Positions 58,569 through 64,000 of a stretch of DNA of 64,000 bases are shown here, piece by piece; position 1 is the stretch's first letter; each line of letters starts with the position of its first letter. The translations under genes were made by a program, and so were the position numbers. The notes beneath the pieces were generated by a model. It was not told the origin of the DNA and ran no database searches. It saw only the letters and a list, made by a program, of their open reading frames with translations. The DNA is taken from NCBI RefSeq assembly GCF_009914755.1, contig NC_060928.1. One strand, 5' to 3'. The DNA is from the human T2T-CHM13v2.0 reference genome, Homo sapiens.

Positions 58569-59299
58569 AAATACCTGCCTCTAGCATTTAAGTCTGAGGC
58601 AGAGGTCCAAATGTACAAATATATATCTAAATATTTAAAAGTTACAATAACTCAGGCTAACAACTGATGAATATATATATGAAATGTGTTCCATCTCACT
58701 ATCTTGATACAAATACCTTTGTAATGACCTGGAAACTCTCATTTAGGATTCCAGACACCTTAGAGACATGTGTCTGGATGCAGCAGAGGAAGGAAAAGAG
58801 GCCCTCATCCTGCTCCACTTCTCTCCCTATTCCAGGCTCCTTTCTGTATTTCAAGGGCCTCATCTGCACATGGGTAATAATTTAGTAGCCCACATATCTA
58901 GGCACCTTTTACCTCCAAACAGCCACCCACCAGCCCCTGCAGAAGTAACGGTGGGTACAAAGTCCATAGAGTCAGGAGCGTGGACCTGGGGAGATGTGTA
59001 GCCTGGTTTCTACACAGGCCCCAGAAACAGGCTTAAACCTGTCTGGGCAGAGGATTCCAGGGTCCTGGGTAGCCAGGATGTGGTCTAGAATGGGGGCATG
59101 CCTCCTAGTGAGTCTAACTTTGGCCCCTTGTGGGGATGTGGTCTAGAATGGGGGCATGCCTCCTGGTGAATCTATAACTTTGGCCCCTTGGTCTTCTTGC
59201 CCTACGGTGAGATATGTGACTGAATAACGGCCAAGTATGACCCTCCAAAAAGCAGGATCTGAGGAAGGCTCTCCGTGCTTAAATCTAAGGGCAGTACTG
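58569..59299. mobile_element. Probable hAT-Tip100-class non-autonomous DNA transposon
   Basis: Ends aatacctgcctctag / ctaagggcagtactg are TIR-like; internal ctaaatatttaaaagtta...aaatacctt..taatgacctggaa recalled from this class. Confidence 0.5.
59076..59191 (+). repeat. Tandem duplication of a ~58-bp unit
   Basis: ggatgtggtctagaatgggggcatgcctcct[a/g]gtga...aactttggccccttg x2. Confidence 0.95.
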
Positions 59300-59377
59300 A
59301 ATAGCCACCACTCCACCAGAAGAAAGATTTATATTTCAGCAATATTAAAATATTCCCTATGATAGCTAATTTTATGT

Positions 59378-59768
59378 GTCAACTTGGAGGGTGTTTTTAG
59401 ATGAGATTAACATTTAAACCAGTGAACTCTGAATAATGCAGATTACCCTCCATAATGTTGGTAGGCCCCATCTGATCAGTTGAAGGCTTTAATAGAACAA
59501 AAAGACTAGTCTGTCCCAAGCAAAAGGGAATTCTCCAGGAGACAGCCATCAGATTTCATCTGCTCAACTGGCTCTCCTGGGTCTCCAGGCTGCTGGCCTT
59601 CACACTGGAACTGCATCATCTGCTTTCCTGAGTCTCCAGCCCACCAGCCCAACTGCAAATTTTGGACTTGCCAAGCCACTATAATCATGTAAGCCAATTC
59701 CTTATAATAAATCTCTTTCTGTATATGCACATCCAATTGGTTCTGACTCTCTGGAGAATCCTAATAAA
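59378..59768 (+). mobile_element. MLT2 (ERVL) solo LTR
   Basis: taattttatgtgtcaacttgg...gatgagattaacattta...ggttctgactctctggagaatcctaa. Confidence 0.88.
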
Positions 59769-59910
59769 TTCCCCCAAATCATAAATAGTTTAAAGTTATT
59801 ACTCTTTCTACTCTGTTTTAAGAAAAAAGCTGAACAAACAGACTTTGTTTTATTTTCTTTATATCAAAGAAAAGGATAGTGTAACCATGTAAATAAAATT
59901 ACAATTTTTA

Positions 59911-60046
59911 TCTTTTTGTTTGTTTGTTTTAGAGATGGAGTCTCGCTAAGTTGCCCAGGCTGGTCTTGAACTTCTGGGCTCAAACTTTCCTCCCACCTTG
60001 GTCTCCCAAAGTGCTAGGATAACAGGCATGAGCACCGTGCCTGGCC
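59911..60046 (-). mobile_element. Free left Alu monomer (FLAM_C-like)
   Basis: Single monomer; TSD aaaattacaattttta. Confidence 0.88.
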
Positions 60047-60306
60047 TAAAATTACAATTTTTAAAAACATCCTTTAGTTTTTCCAAGTACTTCAAAAAGA
60101 ATAAAATCTCTACTCAGTTTGTGCACAAAGAAAAATTCTTAACCATCGTTGGTTTTGAGGATGGTAGAATTTAAATCTGGGTATGACAGTAACACAACAT
60201 AAAAATTGTACTCCTTGAGATTAGGCATTTGGGATTTGACGGCTCTGTTTTTCTAAACAGACCATAAAACGGGGTAACCTGCTTATTCTATGAAATTGCT
60301 ATATAC

Positions 60307-60354
60307 TCCTTAAATTGTGCAGGATGCCTATTTGTGTCCTGCACAATTTAAGGA
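60307..60354. repeat. Perfect 18-bp inverted repeat, 12-nt loop
   Basis: tccttaaattgtgcagga-tgcctatttgtg-tcctgcacaatttaagga. Confidence 0.96.
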
Positions 60355-60675
60355 CAGTATAACAATACAAAATTTTTTTTCTCAAATTAGCTGTTTAGAT
60401 TTCCTGCTTAAAATTAGCAGCTGCTTCTTGTTGGAGTGCCAAACATTTCAGAGGAATAAAATGTACAGTGTATAAAAATAGAATAATTGAGCAGCTTCTC
60501 GTTAACCTAAAAAGTATTACAGTAAAGAAATGGGCAAGCTACTCTAAAACATTTATCATTACATTTTATTTTAAAATAATTTCCAGAATGGTTTTATTTC
60601 TTCATTCTTAAAATACATTTCTCAATTGATAGAATATATTCAGAATATACAAAGCCATATGATATATATTTAAAT

Positions 60676-60703
60676 ACACACACACACACACACACACACA
60701 CAC
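60676..60703. repeat. (CA)n microsatellite
   Basis: acacacac... ~14 units. Confidence 0.95.
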
Positions 60704-61184
60704 CCCATCATAGGTAAGTCTGACACTCAGAGATAATGATAAAGTTTGAAGGTAATTTAAAAAAATACCATATTAAAAGAGAAACTGTCATTTAAATTTG
60801 AAAACATCAGTAATAATGGATTCATGATAAACATCAGCTATTTGACTCTTTATCTACAGTCAATGATTTCCTGGTGCTTAAACATAACAACAAATATAAC
60901 ATTTACTTACAGAAAATGGAACAAAGAGATGTATGGAGCAGTACCCAAAAGATTACTAATCCCAACTCTTCACTCTCAGGGGATACTATGATTACATTTT
61001 CATTGTAAGAAACTAAAAAAATAACTTTTAGTTACTTACTTCTAAATTTCTTTTAATGTAATTACTTACCTCATCTAATTTCTTAGTAGGAAAAGAATGT
61101 GGACATCCTCTACTCACCCAAAATAAATTCTCCACCAACAATGAGTATTGTTTTATAGTCTCATTCTAAAAATGCTACTTCCAC

Positions 61185-61320
61185 GGCTGGGTGTGGTGGC
61201 TTACGCCTGTAATCTTAGCACTTTGGGAAGCCAAGGCAGGTAGATCCACTTGAGCTCAGGAGTTTGAGACCAGCCCCGGCAACATAGTGAGACTGTGTCT
61301 TTTATTAAATAATTAATTAA
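61185..61320 (+). mobile_element. Free left Alu monomer (FLAM_C-like)
   Basis: Single monomer; TSD taaaaatgcta. Confidence 0.88.
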
Positions 61321-61749
61321 TAAAAATGCTATCTACTCCTCTTCCTCATCCCAAAAATCCTTCTCATTATCTTTATATCTTTAATTGCTTTCAAAAACTC
61401 TAACGGTTTCATTGCCAAAGTATTCCTTTCTTTTCTGTTTATATATAAACTGTATTTTAAACAAATATAAACTGTTAATACAACTGCTCTGTACTTAAGT
61501 GTCTCTCTCTCAAATAACTCTACCAGGTCCCTATAAGCATTTTCACCTGTAAGTTACATTTGTCCAAATGAACAAACATGACACACTGAACCAATATAAA
61601 GTATCCTGCTTTACTATATATAACAAAGGGATTGACATTCTGTCATTTTACTAAAAGAGTTCAAAATTAAAGGGAAAAAAATAGGTTCCCAATTTTTCAT
61701 TCAGGTGATGCAAGGTTTTAGTTGAATTAAAGTGCCTTGGACATTGTCT

Positions 61750-61898
61750 TTCTTTTTCTTTTTTCTTTTTTTTTTTTTTTTAGAGACGGGGTTTTACCAT
61801 GTTGGCCAGGCTGGTCTGGAACTCCTGAACTCAATTGATCTACCCGCCTCGGTCTCCTTAAGTGCTGGGATTACAGGTGTGAGCCACTGTGCCCAGCC
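61750..61898 (-). mobile_element. Left Alu monomer with its own tail
   Basis: Single monomer; TSD ggacattgtctttct. Confidence 0.88.
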
Positions 61899-62227
61899 GG
61901 ACATTGTCTTTCTGCATTGTATTTCCACACTTCATAAAGCAGTTATGCTACATTCATTTTACTTTTCACACAATCCTTTTCTGATTTTTCGCTTTAGAAT
62001 CAACAATATAGGTTCAATTCTTAGTTATTCATAAAGAAGACATAAAAATATTTTAAGTTCATGTAAGTTTAATCTATTAATACTTCCTCTTCAAGAATGC
62101 ATTTAAATGGCTAGTAGCTAAGTAAATGATTGGTTTTACTTTCACTAACTTTGTCTACCATCCGGTGGTAATGCACAGCAAAGCTGTTAAGGGGCAAAAA
62201 GAGAAAGAAGAGGGAGAAATAAAACTA

Positions 62228-62301
62228 AAATAATGTCTTTTCTTCATAAATCAGGGTCTGGTTCTAATCAGACCCTGATTTATGAAGAAAAGGCATTATT
62301 T
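62228..62301. repeat. Near-perfect palindrome, 36-bp arms, 2-nt spacer
   Basis: aaataatgtcttttcttcataaatcagggtctggtt-ct-aatcagaccctgatttatgaagaaaaggcattattt (2 mismatches). Confidence 0.97.
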
Positions 62302-64000
62302 AAAACATTTTTAAATGAATTCCCATAAGGATGTTCATTCTCAGGGTCATAAATAAAACAAATCTGTATGACATAAATATTGTAGTGTGATCTTACTAGA
62401 AAATTACATCCTAAGATCAGTTCTACTCTAAAAGAAAATGCAGTCCTCTTTGATGGAGATACAGCTTTGATTAAAGTGTGTGCCCATAGAGGGAAGTATT
62501 TCTTGTATAGGTAGTCTGAAGGGTCAAAGCAACCCTGGTGATAAGAGGGTATCCCAGCCAGATTAACCTCAGAGATTAGTTCTGAGCTGACTCAGTTTCA
62601 ATAACCAGATGCCAGGGAATGCCTTCTCCTTGTGGACCATGCAAGGAAGCTGTTACTGTCATGTTATCAGGAAAGCCCTAAATAGAGATAAAGGAGATGC
62701 CCAAAGGAACCATTTGAGGAACATGCTGTTACAAGTCCTATCCGAGAACATGACAATGAACTTCACCATTCTTCTGCTGGTCATTACTTCTCCTACTTAT
62801 AACTATTTAAAATATTAATTAATTGGTTATTTTCTTATTAAAATGCAGAACCTCTAAGAGTGTGGTTCTAAGCTGACTGCTTTATTAATCCATCTTGTGA
62901 TCCTTAGGAAAAATAAAACATGGCTTTGGTGTGATTTTAAGTGCTATTATTCCAAATGATAACAATGCCTCAGACTCACATGAAATGCTTATATTGATGG
63001 ATTCAGCTAAAGTCCTTCACCCGGATTCATCTTTGAGTCTCTACATCAATGCCAATACGCATTTATGGGATGACTGATAACGTTTTGGGATGAAATAGAT
63101 GGCCACACTACATGCTGATGTTAACTGTCACTGGGATTCACTTTATGGCCTTGGCCTCCTGAATGCACTGCTTTTTACAATTCAGCTAAGAAGTCTTGCA
63201 TCAACTATAAGACAACCATCCAAATTTTATACAACACTATGGATATTGTTGCTTTACTGAGAAATAAGATCTACCAAATGTAGCAAGAAATAATACATTT
63301 ATATTGAAGTTCCAATTCCCCCTTGACTTTTTTACTTCAAAACACCATCCATTTAGCATCCTATGTACCATCATCACTATCATCTCTGAGTCTTGTGTGC
63401 TCCAGGTTTATCCGAGACTAGTTTTAGTGGAAATCTGTCGATGAATAGGCAAAAACAGTCAGACTGAGGGTGCTGAGACCTCTCTGGGAGGCATTCTATC
63501 TGCTCAGTTTTAGAAGTCATTAAGCTTTTGAACTTCTTCCATCACTACTATGAGCTAGAGGTTCACAGTGGCATGGGTCTGGTTCCCTAGAACTGAGCAA
63601 GTGTATAGCTACTTACTCTTCTTGGCCTGAATTCTAGATTGTAAGAGTTTTAAATCCCTGGAGTTAGGCTGTGCACATGTCTGAGGCAAGTCTGGGAATC
63701 CTTTAGCACTGAATATGGCTCTCTCCTCAGTTCTGTATGCCACCAGTTTGTGTGTGGAGCCTCATAAAGTTCGATCATTTTTCCAGTAAAATGACTACAG
63801 TACCAAGTATTAGAGAACCTCACACATTGTTTAATTCATATTTCCCCAACTTTGCATAATGCCTAGAGTGTTCTATTTCCTCAAAGAGGAAAGTGCTTAA
63901 ACAAAGCACATGGGAGAATTTTGGGGAAAAGAATTCCCAGATGGGAAGAGTGGTTAAACCAACTACTTTTCCCCTCCACTTGTTCCACCTCTTCTTCCTC

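Overview
Primate (human-like) nuclear DNA, repeat-rich and almost entirely non-coding. The only recognisable host coding sequence is the last two coding exons of PPA2 (mitochondrial inorganic pyrophosphatase) on the minus strand: 57782-57746 and 56662-56634 splice to [21 protein letters not shown], followed by proximal and distal AATAAA signals. From recalled gene order this places the window in the TET2-PPA2 interval of human 4q24, where the lncRNA TET2-AS1 lies; I cannot check this here. The rest is L1s (mostly + strand, truncated), Alus/FLAMs, MIR/L2, MaLR/ERV LTRs (a solo LTR12, a complete THE1-type element nested in an MST LTR) and fossil hAT transposons. Most ORF-track entries are repeat-derived or spurious. 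The most unusual signal is an accumulation of locally templated copy events. The best case is a ~575-bp inverted copy of 22234-22808 sitting inside an AluS 4.2 kb away, with diverged ends but a perfectly identical 365-bp core (a gene-conversion signature). Others are a direct copy inserted in an MLT1 LTR, an old 170-bp inverted repeat, three near-perfect fold-back hairpins and a micro template switch in an L1. Repeat boundaries and subfamily calls were made by eye and are approximate. I see no evidence of a novel protein-coding system.
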